NCBI GenBank assembly: GCA_013140495.1
Contig: JABFSR010000168.1
Location: 15,122 to 79,121, forward strand
DNA: 64,000 nucleotides
Origin: Verrucomicrobiota bacterium
GTDB taxonomy: Bacteria > Verrucomicrobiota > Verrucomicrobiia > Limisphaerales > JADLHS01
Direction of reading: 5' to 3'
The position numbers and the translations under genes are program-made. Shown piece after piece: positions 44,720 to 54,123 of this stretch. Numbering within the stretch: position 1 is the stretch's first letter; each line of letters begins with the position of its first letter. Under the pieces are notes generated by a model. It made no database searches. It saw nothing but the letters and a program-made list of their open reading frames with translations, and was not told the origin of the DNA.

Positions 44720-46315
44720 ATGAACTATTCAAAGCAGCAGCTTTGGGAGCGCTTCAAAAAATTCTACACAGAATTCCCAGACCTCGAACTTGCGATTGAT
44801 CTGAGTCGCACTGGAATCACAGACGAGTTTCTGAAGGACATGGAACCGCGGATGCAAAAGGCGTTCGATGCCATGAAGGCTTTGGAGGCTGGCGCGATTG
44901 CAAACCCGGATGAGGGCAGGATGGTGGGGCATTATTGGCTGCGCAACCCAACGCTCGCGCCCACTGCTGACATCCGTTCCGCAATTGAAACAACTCTTGC
45001 TCGGGTGAAAGCTTTTGCGGCGGATGTTTTGAGTGGCAAGATTCGAGGTGCGGGTGGCGTGTTTGAAAACATGTTGTTGATCGGCATCGGCGGCTCGGCG
45101 TTGGGGCCGCAGTTCGTTGGAGATGCCTTAGGCGAGCCTGGCAGCAAATCGTTGCGTACATTCTATTTCGACAACACCGATCCGGACGGAATGCAGCGTG
45201 TGCTTAAAAAGCTTGAAGGACAACTAGCTAGAACACTCTGTCTAGTCATATCAAAATCAGGCGGCACAAAGGAAACTCGCAATGGGATGTTGGAAGCCAA
45301 GGCTGCTTATTGCAGTGCCGGGGTGACCTTTGAGAAGCATGTGATCGCAGTGACCGGTGAAGGTAGCGAGCTTGATCAAATTGCAACCAAGACTGGTTGG
45401 CTGGAACGTTTCCCCATGTGGGATTGGGTTGGAGGGAGAACGAGCGAGCTTTCCGCAGTCGGACTACTTCCAGCTGCATTGCAGGGGATTGATGTGGATA
45501 GTTTTTTGTCCGGTGCAAAAGCGTGCGATGAGCAAACCCGCACATCAGCTATTCATAAAAACCCTGCTGCATTGCTAGCATTGGCATGGTTTCAGGCCAC
45601 TGGAGGCTTGGGGAACAAGAACATGGTAGTCATCCCATACAAAGACCGGCTTGGTTTGCTTTCGAAGTATCTTCAACAGTTAATTATGGAGTCTCTGGGA
45701 AAGGAAAAAGACCTCAACGGCAATGTTGTTCACCAGGGTATCACTGTGCTCGGCAATAAAGGAGCTACAGATCAACACTCTTATGTTCAACAGTTAAGAG
45801 ATGGATTAAATGATTTCTTCCTCACATTCGTGGAGGTGTTGGTTGATCAGCGTGGAACGCCACTGCAGGTCGAACCAGAAGTAACATCAGGAGACTATCT
45901 CGCCGGATTCTTGCTTGGAACAAGGCAAGCATTGTTTGAGAGCGGGCGAGAATCGGTTTGTCTGACAGTCAAAAATGTTTCACCGTTCGGTGTTGGAGTT
46001 TTGATAGCACTCTTTGAGCGGGCAGTCGGTTTATATGCGACTCTGGTTAACATAAACGCCTATCACCAGCCAGGCGTCGAGGCAGGAAAAAAAGCAGCGT
46101 CTGCGGTGCTCGATCTACAACGAAAAGTAGCGGCACACATCACATCAAACATAGGAAGGCAGATCGACGCCGAACAAATTGCCTCTGAAATTGGAGCCCC
46201 AGATGACGCTGAACACGTGTTCAAAATTTGCCGTCGGCTCGCCGAAAACCCGGCCCGCAAGATATTCTGCATTGCTGAAAAACCTGTCTTTTATTCCAAG
46301 TTCTATTCGGTATAG
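44720..46315 (+). CDS. pgi: glucose-6-phosphate isomerase
   Basis: ATG at 44720. Motifs [21 protein letters not shown] and [17 protein letters not shown] are present. Confidence 0.9.
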   Translation: MNYSKQQLWERFKKFYTEFPDLELAIDLSRTGITDEFLKDMEPRMQKAFDAMKALEAGAIANPDEGRMVGHYWLRNPTLAPTADIRSAIETTLARVKAFAADVLSGKIRGAGGVFENMLLIGIGGSALGPQFVGDALGEPGSKSLRTFYFDNTDPDGMQRVLKKLEGQLARTLCLVISKSGGTKETRNGMLEAKAAYCSAGVTFEKHVIAVTGEGSELDQIATKTGWLERFPMWDWVGGRTSELSAVGLLPAALQGIDVDSFLSGAKACDEQTRTSAIHKNPAALLALAWFQATGGLGNKNMVVIPYKDRLGLLSKYLQQLIMESLGKEKDLNGNVVHQGITVLGNKGATDQHSYVQQLRDGLNDFFLTFVEVLVDQRGTPLQVEPEVTSGDYLAGFLLGTRQALFESGRESVCLTVKNVSPFGVGVLIALFERAVGLYATLVNINAYHQPGVEAGKKAASAVLDLQRKVAAHITSNIGRQIDAEQIASEIGAPDDAEHVFKICRRLAENPARKIFCIAEKPVFYSKFYSV

Positions 46316-46324
46316 ACTGGGTCA

Positions 46325-48259
46325 ATGTTTGTTTACCCGAAGAAATACGACGTCATCGTAGTTGGAGCAGGTCACGCAGGAGTTGAAGCGGCTTTAGCTT
46401 CAGCCAGGCTCGGCAGTCAAACCCTCCTGCTCACGATGAATGCCGATACCATTGGGCAAATGTCGTGCAATCCAGCGATTGGCGGCCAAGCAAAGGGTCA
46501 ACTCGTGCGAGAGATTGACGCGCTCGGAGGGGAAATGGGAATTGCTACCGACATGACGGGAATTCAATTTCGGATGCTCAATACAAAGCGAGGTCCAGCC
46601 GTATGGGCACCACGCGCGCAATGCGACAAAAAGGCCTATCAATTCAGAATGAAGTGGGTTTGCGAGCGCGAGCCTAACTTGGACGTTAAACAATCTAACA
46701 CGACAGATATTCTCTTTAACTACGACGGTGTATATGGTGTCCAAACTTCGATAGGAGCACAGTTCCACTCAAAGGCTGTGGTAATCACGACGGGAACATT
46801 TCTTCAAGGTCTAATGCACATTGGATCGGGTCAAGAAGCAGGTGGACGTGCTGGTGAGCCTGCTTCGACAGGAATTTCCGCTTGTCTCCGAAGAATTGGA
46901 TTGGAGCTTGGGAGATTAAAGACCGGAACACCTCCGAGATTGTTGAAGCGGTCGATTGATTTCTCACTTACAGAGGAGCAGCCTGGCGATAGCCCGATCC
47001 CATATTTTAGTTACTGGCGGGATGAATTGTTCCATGTGGAACAAAAAACAGAGAGTCGGAGGTTCGCAGGTATTGTCTCCGACTATCCGCCTAGTTCGGT
47101 TCTCGAGCGGAATGGCGACCAAGTGAAATGCTTCATTACTCGCACCACCACTCGTACCGCCCAGATAATACGGGACAACATCCAACTTTCGCCGCTCTAC
47201 GCTGGAATCATCGCTGGCGTCGGCCCGCGGTATTGTCCTTCAATTGAGGATAAGATCATGCGTTTTTCCGATAAAGAAACCCATCAAATCTTTCTCGAGC
47301 CAGAAGGAATTGCCACGGATGAAATCTACGTCAACGGGCTCTCTACATGCCTGCCGTTCGAGGTGCAGATCCAGATCATAAATTCCGTTGTTGGGCTCGA
47401 GCGCGCAGAAATTCTACGACCCGCGTATGCGGTTGAATACGATTTTGTTATTCCAACTCAATTGTCTGCAACACTACAAGTTAAGTTGTGTCATGGATTG
47501 TTTTTGGCAGGCCAAATCAACGGAACGTCAGGATATGAGGAAGCAGCTGCGCAGGGATTGATCGCAGGAATCAATGCTGCCAAATACTCCTCAGGCAAAC
47601 CGCAAATTGTAATCCGTCGCGATCAAGCCTACGTCGGGGTGCTGATTGACGATCTCATTACGAAAGGCACTGCGGAGCCGTATCGAATGTTCACCTCGCG
47701 TGCCGAACATCGGCTTCTGTTACGCCAAGACAACGCCGACTTGCGATTGAGCGACTTGGGTCACGACATTGGTTTGCTCTCAGACTCAAAGTATCGTCGT
47801 TTTGTAACAAAGCGCGAAAGCATCAACGCCGAGATTTCTAGGCTCAACTCCGTCCGTCACGGTCAAGATACGCTCGCCCAACTCTTGCGCCGACCGGAAA
47901 TCACCTACGCAACCTTGCCGAATTGCAATCCCGATCTCCCGTCCGATGTTGTTCAACAGGTCGAAATTGAACTCAAGTATGCCGGCTACATTGAGCGCCA
48001 GCATGTCGAAGTAAAAAAGCTCAAGTCCCTCGAGGAAAAACGCATCCCGCATGATTTTGATTACGAATCCGTCACCAGCCTTTGTATCGAATCAAAACAA
48101 AAACTCTCCAAGATGCGACCTCAGACCATTGGTCAGGCTTCTCGCATTTCCGGCGTTTCCCCGGCGGATATCTCTTTGTTACTGGTTTGGTTGAAGCGTT
48201 ATGCAGGTGATCGTGAAAACAGTTCCAGCGATGAGGCCTGCCCGGATTCCTGTCCATGA
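46325..48259 (+). CDS. mnmG: tRNA uridine 5-carboxymethylaminomethyl modification enzyme MnmG (GidA)
   Basis: YDVIVVGAGHAGVEAALASARLG, MSCNPAIGGQAKGQLVREIDALGG and GQINGTSGYEEAAAQGL are present. Confidence 0.95.
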   Translation: MFVYPKKYDVIVVGAGHAGVEAALASARLGSQTLLLTMNADTIGQMSCNPAIGGQAKGQLVREIDALGGEMGIATDMTGIQFRMLNTKRGPAVWAPRAQCDKKAYQFRMKWVCEREPNLDVKQSNTTDILFNYDGVYGVQTSIGAQFHSKAVVITTGTFLQGLMHIGSGQEAGGRAGEPASTGISACLRRIGLELGRLKTGTPPRLLKRSIDFSLTEEQPGDSPIPYFSYWRDELFHVEQKTESRRFAGIVSDYPPSSVLERNGDQVKCFITRTTTRTAQIIRDNIQLSPLYAGIIAGVGPRYCPSIEDKIMRFSDKETHQIFLEPEGIATDEIYVNGLSTCLPFEVQIQIINSVVGLERAEILRPAYAVEYDFVIPTQLSATLQVKLCHGLFLAGQINGTSGYEEAAAQGLIAGINAAKYSSGKPQIVIRRDQAYVGVLIDDLITKGTAEPYRMFTSRAEHRLLLRQDNADLRLSDLGHDIGLLSDSKYRRFVTKRESINAEISRLNSVRHGQDTLAQLLRRPEITYATLPNCNPDLPSDVVQQVEIELKYAGYIERQHVEVKKLKSLEEKRIPHDFDYESVTSLCIESKQKLSKMRPQTIGQASRISGVSPADISLLLVWLKRYAGDRENSSSDEACPDSCP

Positions 48260-48365
48260 GAAAAGTTCGTCTGCGAATTGATGGCGAGCGTTGACTCGAT
48301 TGTGTGAACTGATTAACGTCGCAGCCAAGAAAACAACCGCAAGAAACATTTTACCCCTTAAGATC

Positions 48366-49433
48366 ATGCCACCAAAAGCTGCCGATAAGTCCATCGCGAC
48401 AGAACCCAAATCCACCGAAGCCTCCAAACTGGCCGCTACACGCGCGCGCGAATTGGAAGCCGCCATTTCTTCCATCACCAAGAGCTATGGTGACGGCGCA
48501 ATCATGCGGCTAGGCGACGCCCGCGCCCAGAGGAAGATAGACGTAATTCCCACTGGCGCACTCGCCGTTGATCTCGCTTTGGGTGTCGGCGGCGTGCCTC
48601 GAGGTCGTGTGATAGAGATTTTTGGCCCGGAATCCTCAGGGAAAACCACGCTGATGTTGCATGTTATTGCCAACGCCCAAAAAGCAGGCGGCCTTGCGGC
48701 ATTCATTGACGCAGAACACGCACTTGATCCGGGTTACGCAAAAAAGCTCGGCGTCAACTTGGACGATCTTCTCGTTTCGCAGCCCGACAGCGGTGAAGAA
48801 GCGCTCACCATTTGCGAAACGCTCGCGCGCTCGAACGCGCTCGACGTGATCGTGATTGATTCCGTCGCTGCACTTGTCCCGAGGGCCGAGCTCGAAGGTG
48901 AAATGGGCATGGCCACAATGGGTATGCAGGCCAGGCTCATGTCCCAGGCGTTGCGCAAGCTCACTGCCATACTCAGCAAGTCAAAAACCACTTGCATCTT
49001 CACGAATCAACTCCGCGAAAAAGTCGGTGTCATGTTCGGCAACCCCGAAACCACTCCTGGCGGCAAGGCTCTGAAATTTTACGCCAGTGTGCGCATTGAC
49101 ATCCGGCGCAAGGACACTCTCAAGGACGCCGCCGGCAACGCCACCGGCAATCACGTCAAGGTGAAGATCGTCAAAAACAAGGTCGCACCGCCATTCTGTG
49201 AAGCCGAGTTCGACATCATTTACAACCACGGCATAGACAAGGAAGGTTGCATCTTGGACGTGGGTATCGAGTGCGGGGCCGTGGACAAGAAAGGCGCGTG
49301 GTTGCAATTCGATGGCGATCTTATCGGTCAGGGCAAGGAGGCGGCGAGAAAAGCTTTGGTGGAAAAACCGGAACTGGCAAAGAAAATCATCGAAGCGATT
49401 CTCGTCAAACGCAGCGCGCCACCGACTGAGTAA
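48366..49433 (+). CDS. recA: recombinase RecA
   Basis: ATG at 48366. Contains [27 protein letters not shown] and [38 protein letters not shown]. Confidence 0.95.
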   Translation: MPPKAADKSIATEPKSTEASKLAATRARELEAAISSITKSYGDGAIMRLGDARAQRKIDVIPTGALAVDLALGVGGVPRGRVIEIFGPESSGKTTLMLHVIANAQKAGGLAAFIDAEHALDPGYAKKLGVNLDDLLVSQPDSGEEALTICETLARSNALDVIVIDSVAALVPRAELEGEMGMATMGMQARLMSQALRKLTAILSKSKTTCIFTNQLREKVGVMFGNPETTPGGKALKFYASVRIDIRRKDTLKDAAGNATGNHVKVKIVKNKVAPPFCEAEFDIIYNHGIDKEGCILDVGIECGAVDKKGAWLQFDGDLIGQGKEAARKALVEKPELAKKIIEAILVKRSAPPTE

Positions 49434-49616
49434 CTACATTGATCCTTGTTCGGTTTCGTGTGATGTGTCCTATCCCGGTGACGGAAACGCGCAGGAATGC
49501 GTCAGCGTTGCAGTACATGATCGCCTGACAAAGATGGCCAAAGGTCTCGAGATCAAATTTCTTCGATACAACTTCGAAGGTTCATTTTTCTCAAGGCTCG
49601 CAAAAACTGACTTGTT

Positions 49617-50816
49617 ATGACCAACGAAACGTTGACCACGGCGATCGATAAAATACGGGTGTTCATCCGCGAGGAGGTGGTGCCGTTGGAGGCTGACTTT
49701 CTGCACCGTCCGTTTGGCGAGTTGCTGCCGCGCCTTCGGGAGAAACGAAATCAAGTCAAAGCGATGGGGCTTTGGTCACCGCACTTGCCCAAAGAACTGG
49801 GCGGCCAAGGTTTCTTCCTTCCCGACTTCGCGCGTATCAGCGAGGCTCTAGGATATTCGCCGCTGGGTCATTACCTTTTCAATTGCCAGGCGCCGGATGT
49901 CGGCAACATGGAAATCCTGATGGCATTCGGAACGCCGGAACAGAAGGAAACATGGTTGTTACCGCTTGCACGAGGTGATGTGCGCAGTTGTTTTTCGATG
50001 ACTGAACCCGAATTTGCCGGCTCCAATCCGGCATGGATGGAAACCCAGGCCCGCAAAGATGGCGGTGACTACGTCATAGATGGGAACAAGTGGTTTACGT
50101 CCGCCGCAGATGGCGCTGCATTCGCAATTGTCATGGCGATCACCAATCCGGATGCCGAGAGCCCGTACGCTCGTGCCAGCCAAATCATTGTGCCGACAAA
50201 CACGCCAGGGTTTCATCGCGTTCGGAATACTTCGATCATGGGTGAGGCAGGAGAGGATTACGTCAGTCATTCGGAAATTGTTTACAAAAACTGCCGCGTG
50301 CCACAAAAAAATCTTTTGGGCCAGGAGGGCAAGGGATTTGAAATCGCGCAGCTACGACTAGGTCCGGGCCGCATTCATCATTGCATGAGATGGATCGGCA
50401 TTTGCGAACGTGCGTTTGAGATGATGTGTCAGTACGCGGTGACACGTCTGTTGGCGCCGGGCAAGCCGCTGGGCAGCCGTCAGATCGTTCAGGAATGGAT
50501 TGCGGATAGCAGGGCGGAGATCAATGCCTCGCGTTTGTTGGTGCTGCAAGCCGCAGAGAAAATTGAACATGAAGGCAGTCGCGCTGCGCGTGAAGAAATT
50601 TCCATCATAAAATTCTATGTGGCAAACGTGCTTCAAAAAGTTTTGGACCGTGCCATCCAGACGCATGGCGCCTTGGGTCTCACTGACAACCTCGTGCTGT
50701 CACATTGGTATCGTCATGAGCGCGCTGCCCGCATCTACGACGGACCGGATGAAGTGCATAAATCTGTGGTCGCCCGGATTCACCTGAAAAAACACGGCCT
50801 GAGTGTGTCAATCTGA
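49617..50816 (+). CDS. acyl-CoA dehydrogenase (ACAD10/ACAD11/FadE2-like subgroup)
   Basis: Contains CFSMTEPEFAGSNP, LGPGRIHHCMRWIG and the C-terminal YDGPDEVH. These are features I associate with the ACAD10/11-type subgroup. Confidence 0.9.
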   Translation: MTNETLTTAIDKIRVFIREEVVPLEADFLHRPFGELLPRLREKRNQVKAMGLWSPHLPKELGGQGFFLPDFARISEALGYSPLGHYLFNCQAPDVGNMEILMAFGTPEQKETWLLPLARGDVRSCFSMTEPEFAGSNPAWMETQARKDGGDYVIDGNKWFTSAADGAAFAIVMAITNPDAESPYARASQIIVPTNTPGFHRVRNTSIMGEAGEDYVSHSEIVYKNCRVPQKNLLGQEGKGFEIAQLRLGPGRIHHCMRWIGICERAFEMMCQYAVTRLLAPGKPLGSRQIVQEWIADSRAEINASRLLVLQAAEKIEHEGSRAAREEISIIKFYVANVLQKVLDRAIQTHGALGLTDNLVLSHWYRHERAARIYDGPDEVHKSVVARIHLKKHGLSVSI

Positions 50817-50818
50817 TC

Positions 50819-51907
50819 ATGCAAGCCGATTTGCTCGATCAACCGCAAAAAACGCGGCCAGGAGAAGAACTGGACGCTGGCAAACTGGAAGCGTATTTGC
50901 GGCAGACGTTGCCAGTACTGAGTGGCCAGCTTGAAATCCAACAGTTCGCAAAGGGTTATTCCAATCTTACCTATCTGTTGCGCATGGGCGAACGGGAGTT
51001 GGTTTTGCGCCGTCCGCCGTTCGGCGCAAAAATCAAAACTGCTCACGACATGGGACGTGAGTATCGCATTCTTTCGCATCTCATTGCCGTCTATCCAAAA
51101 GTTCCGCGCCCGCTCGCCTACTGCGATGATGAATCGGTGTTGGGCGCACCGTTTTACCTGATGGAACGTGTCAGTGGAATCATCCTCCGGGCGAAACCGC
51201 CGGAAGGACTGGATTTGACGCCAGCGCTGATGCGACGCATTTCTGAAAACTTCGCCGACAACCTCGCGGAAATTCACAGCGTTGATTATGTCGCAGCCGG
51301 CTTGGGCGAATTGGGAAAACCGGAAGGCTACGTCACGCGTCAGGTGGAAGGCTGGATCAAGCGATATCAAAATGCCCGCACCGATGACATCCCGGAAATG
51401 GATCGTATCGCTCGTTGGCTCGTGGAACACAAGCCCACTGAGTCAAACTGCTCTCTCATCCACAACGATTACAAGTACGACAACCTCGTCCTGGATCCGC
51501 TGGACGTTGCTCAAATCAAAGCCGTCCTAGATTGGGAAATGGCGACTATTGGTGATCCACTGATGGATTTGGGTTCGACGCTGGGATACTGGGTTGATGC
51601 CGATGACCCGGAGGATTGGCAGAAACAATCATTTGGTCTTACAATCCGGCCCGGCAACTTGAATCGCGAACAATTGGTCGAACGCTACGTTGCCAAAAGC
51701 GGTCGTCTCGTGGGCAACCCGGTTTTCTATTACGCCTACGGATTATTCAAGATTGCCGTCATCGTCCAACAGATTTACGCCCGCTTCAAACAAGGGTTGA
51801 CGCAGGATGCGCGGTTTGCGGGCTTGATACGCCTCGTCCGTTCCGCTGGCCAAACAGCCTCCCTGGCCATTGAGAAGCAACGCATCACGCGCCTGATCAC
51901 CGATTGA
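50819..51907 (+). CDS. APH-family phosphotransferase (kinase-like)
   Basis: Starts 2 nt after the ACAD stop. Contains FAKGYSNLTYLL, LVLRRPP, the catalytic loop LIHNDYKYDNLV, and DWEMATIGDPLMDLG. Confidence 0.85.
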   Translation: MQADLLDQPQKTRPGEELDAGKLEAYLRQTLPVLSGQLEIQQFAKGYSNLTYLLRMGERELVLRRPPFGAKIKTAHDMGREYRILSHLIAVYPKVPRPLAYCDDESVLGAPFYLMERVSGIILRAKPPEGLDLTPALMRRISENFADNLAEIHSVDYVAAGLGELGKPEGYVTRQVEGWIKRYQNARTDDIPEMDRIARWLVEHKPTESNCSLIHNDYKYDNLVLDPLDVAQIKAVLDWEMATIGDPLMDLGSTLGYWVDADDPEDWQKQSFGLTIRPGNLNREQLVERYVAKSGRLVGNPVFYYAYGLFKIAVIVQQIYARFKQGLTQDARFAGLIRLVRSAGQTASLAIEKQRITRLITD

Positions 51908-52028
51908 GTTAAGCGATCCTCTGCGTCCTTCTCATCGGCAGCATAAGGGTGCGAAGTTTAGTTGCTTTTGTCGCTTCTAGGTACGCGCAACTTGACAATT
52001 TTCGCCCAGCCTAAAAACTGACCGCATT

Positions 52029-52358
52029 ATGTCATCTATACCCAAAGAAATCTGTGGAGTAACAGCCATTACCAAAGCCAACGTTTATTTTGAAGGGAAA
52101 GTCGTCAGCCACAGTTTGCTCCTGCAGGATGGCACCAAGAAGACCTTGGGGCTGATTTATCCGGGCAAGTATCACTTCAATACGGACAAACCCGAAACAA
52201 TGGAAATTGTTGCTGGCGAGTGCGCCGTAAGAAACGACGGGCAGACAGTTACGAGCCGCCATGCAGCCGGTGAGGCTTTTGAGGTGCCGGGCAAATCCGG
52301 CTTTGAAATCGAGATCAAGTCGGGCATCTGCGAATACATCTGCACGTTTCTCTCGTAG
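52029..52358 (+). CDS. ppnP: pyrimidine/purine nucleoside phosphorylase PpnP (DUF1255)
   Basis: 109 aa. ANVYFEGKVVS...G.Y.F.T..PE.M.IV.G...V......FEVPGKSGFEIE matches the E. coli PpnP pattern as I recall it. Confidence 0.8.
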   Translation: MSSIPKEICGVTAITKANVYFEGKVVSHSLLLQDGTKKTLGLIYPGKYHFNTDKPETMEIVAGECAVRNDGQTVTSRHAAGEAFEVPGKSGFEIEIKSGICEYICTFLS

Positions 52359-52539
52359 ATTGCCGCGGCAAGCCGGCGGCCAATTGCTTGACCCGAAACC
52401 TCGCCAGCCAAATATCACCAAACCCGAGTTGCAGTCGCACTTCACGAAAAATCGTGAGTGCGCCACCGCCCTGCTGAATTTGTTTTGCCGATGGCAGTTT
52501 GAAAACCGTTCGGATAATCTCAGGAGACATTCCTGAAAC

Positions 52540-53301
52540 ATGACGAAACAATTTTCTGGCAAAGTGGCTTTGGTGACTGGGGGCGCTTCCGGACTCGGCC
52601 GGGTTGCCGCCATTGCACTTGCAAACGAAGGCGCCAAGGTCGTGGTGACAGACATCGCAACCATTGAAGGTGAGGCCACAGCACAAATGATTACCGGCGC
52701 TGGTGGTGAAGCCATTTTCACCAAGTCAGACGTAACCAAGTCTGGAGATGTAGAAGCGATGGTACAGACAGTCCTCAAGACTTTTGGTGGGCTCGACTTC
52801 GCGCTGAACAACGCGGGCATTGACGGTGTTCGCGCCCGCACTGCCGATTATCCTGAAGACGTTTGGCATCGGGTCATTGATCTCAACCTGACAGGAGTTT
52901 TTCTTTGCATGAAAAGCGAGTTGCCCGTCATGGTGAAACAAGGCGGCGGTGTCATTGTAAACATGTCCTCGGTCGCGGGCGTTACTGGTTTTCCCGGCCA
53001 TGCTGCTTACACTGCAAGCAAACATGGCGTGATCGGCCTTACCAAGACTGCCGCGCTTGATTACGCAAAGGCCGGCATTCGCGTCAACGCCATCTGCCCC
53101 GCCTACACGCATACTCCGATGTTGACCCGCATGCTTGAGCGGAGCCCGGACCTTGAAGCGAAACTGGTATCTCGTGTCCCGATGCAACGACTGGGCACGG
53201 CTGAGGAAATTGCAAAGGCGGTGATCTATCTGTTCTCGGATGCAGCGGCCTTCATCACTGGTCATTCGCTGGTGATGGATGGCGGCATTTTGGCCGAATA
53301 A
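52540..53301 (+). CDS. SDR-family oxidoreductase
   Basis: Contains VTGGASGLG, NNAG and the YTASK catalytic motif. Confidence 0.9.
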   Translation: MTKQFSGKVALVTGGASGLGRVAAIALANEGAKVVVTDIATIEGEATAQMITGAGGEAIFTKSDVTKSGDVEAMVQTVLKTFGGLDFALNNAGIDGVRARTADYPEDVWHRVIDLNLTGVFLCMKSELPVMVKQGGGVIVNMSSVAGVTGFPGHAAYTASKHGVIGLTKTAALDYAKAGIRVNAICPAYTHTPMLTRMLERSPDLEAKLVSRVPMQRLGTAEEIAKAVIYLFSDAAAFITGHSLVMDGGILAE

Positions 53302-53313
53302 ACACCGACAACC

Positions 53314-54027
53314 ATGAGCCTTTTATTTTTGGTGCGTCACGGGCAGGCCTCTTTCAACGCCGAGGATTACGATCAGCTCTCGGCGCGCGGTATGGAACAG
53401 GCGCGCCAATTGGGACTTTACTGGGTGGGACTGAAATTGAACTTCGATTTCGTATATGTCGGGCCGCGCCGACGTCACCGGCAAACACTTGATGCCGTCG
53501 GCGCGGCTTACCGCGAACATGGGTTGAATTTGCCGGAGGCAGTTGTCCTTCCGGAGTTGGATGAGCATTTTGGTTACGATGTTCTGACACGTTCGCTGCC
53601 CGGCTTGATGAAAAGCAACCCCGCCATTCGCGAGATGAAAGAAAAACTACACAAGGATTCCGACACCTTGCAGCGCGACTATTTACGGCTCTTCCAAAAA
53701 GTGACGCGACTCTGGGTGCGCGGCGAGCTCGACTTGTCCGATCTCGAGGCGTGGCACGAGTTTCGTGACCGTGTTCAACGGGGGCTTGCGAAACTAACCG
53801 AAGCTGCTGGCAGCAAAAAGAAAGTCGCCGCGTTCACCTCTGGCGGCCCCGTCGCTGCCGCTATGGGTTTTGCGCTGAATCTGGACGATGAAAAGACTCT
53901 TGAGTTGAGCTGGATGGTGCGCAACGCTGCGTATGCAGAGTTCCTGTTTTCGCGTGGCCGGTTTTCCCCGGTGACATTCAATGCGCTGCCTCACCTCACC
54001 GATCCACATTTGCTGACCTTTATCTGA
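53314..54027 (+). CDS. histidine phosphatase family protein
   Basis: N-terminal LFLVRHGQASFN (RHG motif). Confidence 0.85.
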   Translation: MSLLFLVRHGQASFNAEDYDQLSARGMEQARQLGLYWVGLKLNFDFVYVGPRRRHRQTLDAVGAAYREHGLNLPEAVVLPELDEHFGYDVLTRSLPGLMKSNPAIREMKEKLHKDSDTLQRDYLRLFQKVTRLWVRGELDLSDLEAWHEFRDRVQRGLAKLTEAAGSKKKVAAFTSGGPVAAAMGFALNLDDEKTLELSWMVRNAAYAEFLFSRGRFSPVTFNALPHLTDPHLLTFI

Positions 54028-54123
54028 CCTTTTCCCAAAAATGCCGTCGTCGTTGCCAAACCTCATTCTCCGTGTAAAAATCTCGCAGTGAATTCTCCAG
54101 CTTTAATCCGCCAGCGCCGTTTA

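Noticed and set aside
44720-49433. A lower-GC block covering pgi, mnmG and recA, considered as a possible horizontally acquired island.
   Set aside because: These are core housekeeping genes with no flanking mobility signatures. My estimate rests on a hand count of a single 100-nt sample (52% GC) against an approximate by-eye estimate of about 64% for one sample of the giant gene. That is not enough to claim a compositional anomaly.
52032-52841. A 269-aa minus-strand ORF spanning ppnP, the intergenic region and the start of the SDR gene.
   Set aside because: It overlaps two well-supported plus-strand genes and has low-complexity Ala/Ser/Pro composition.
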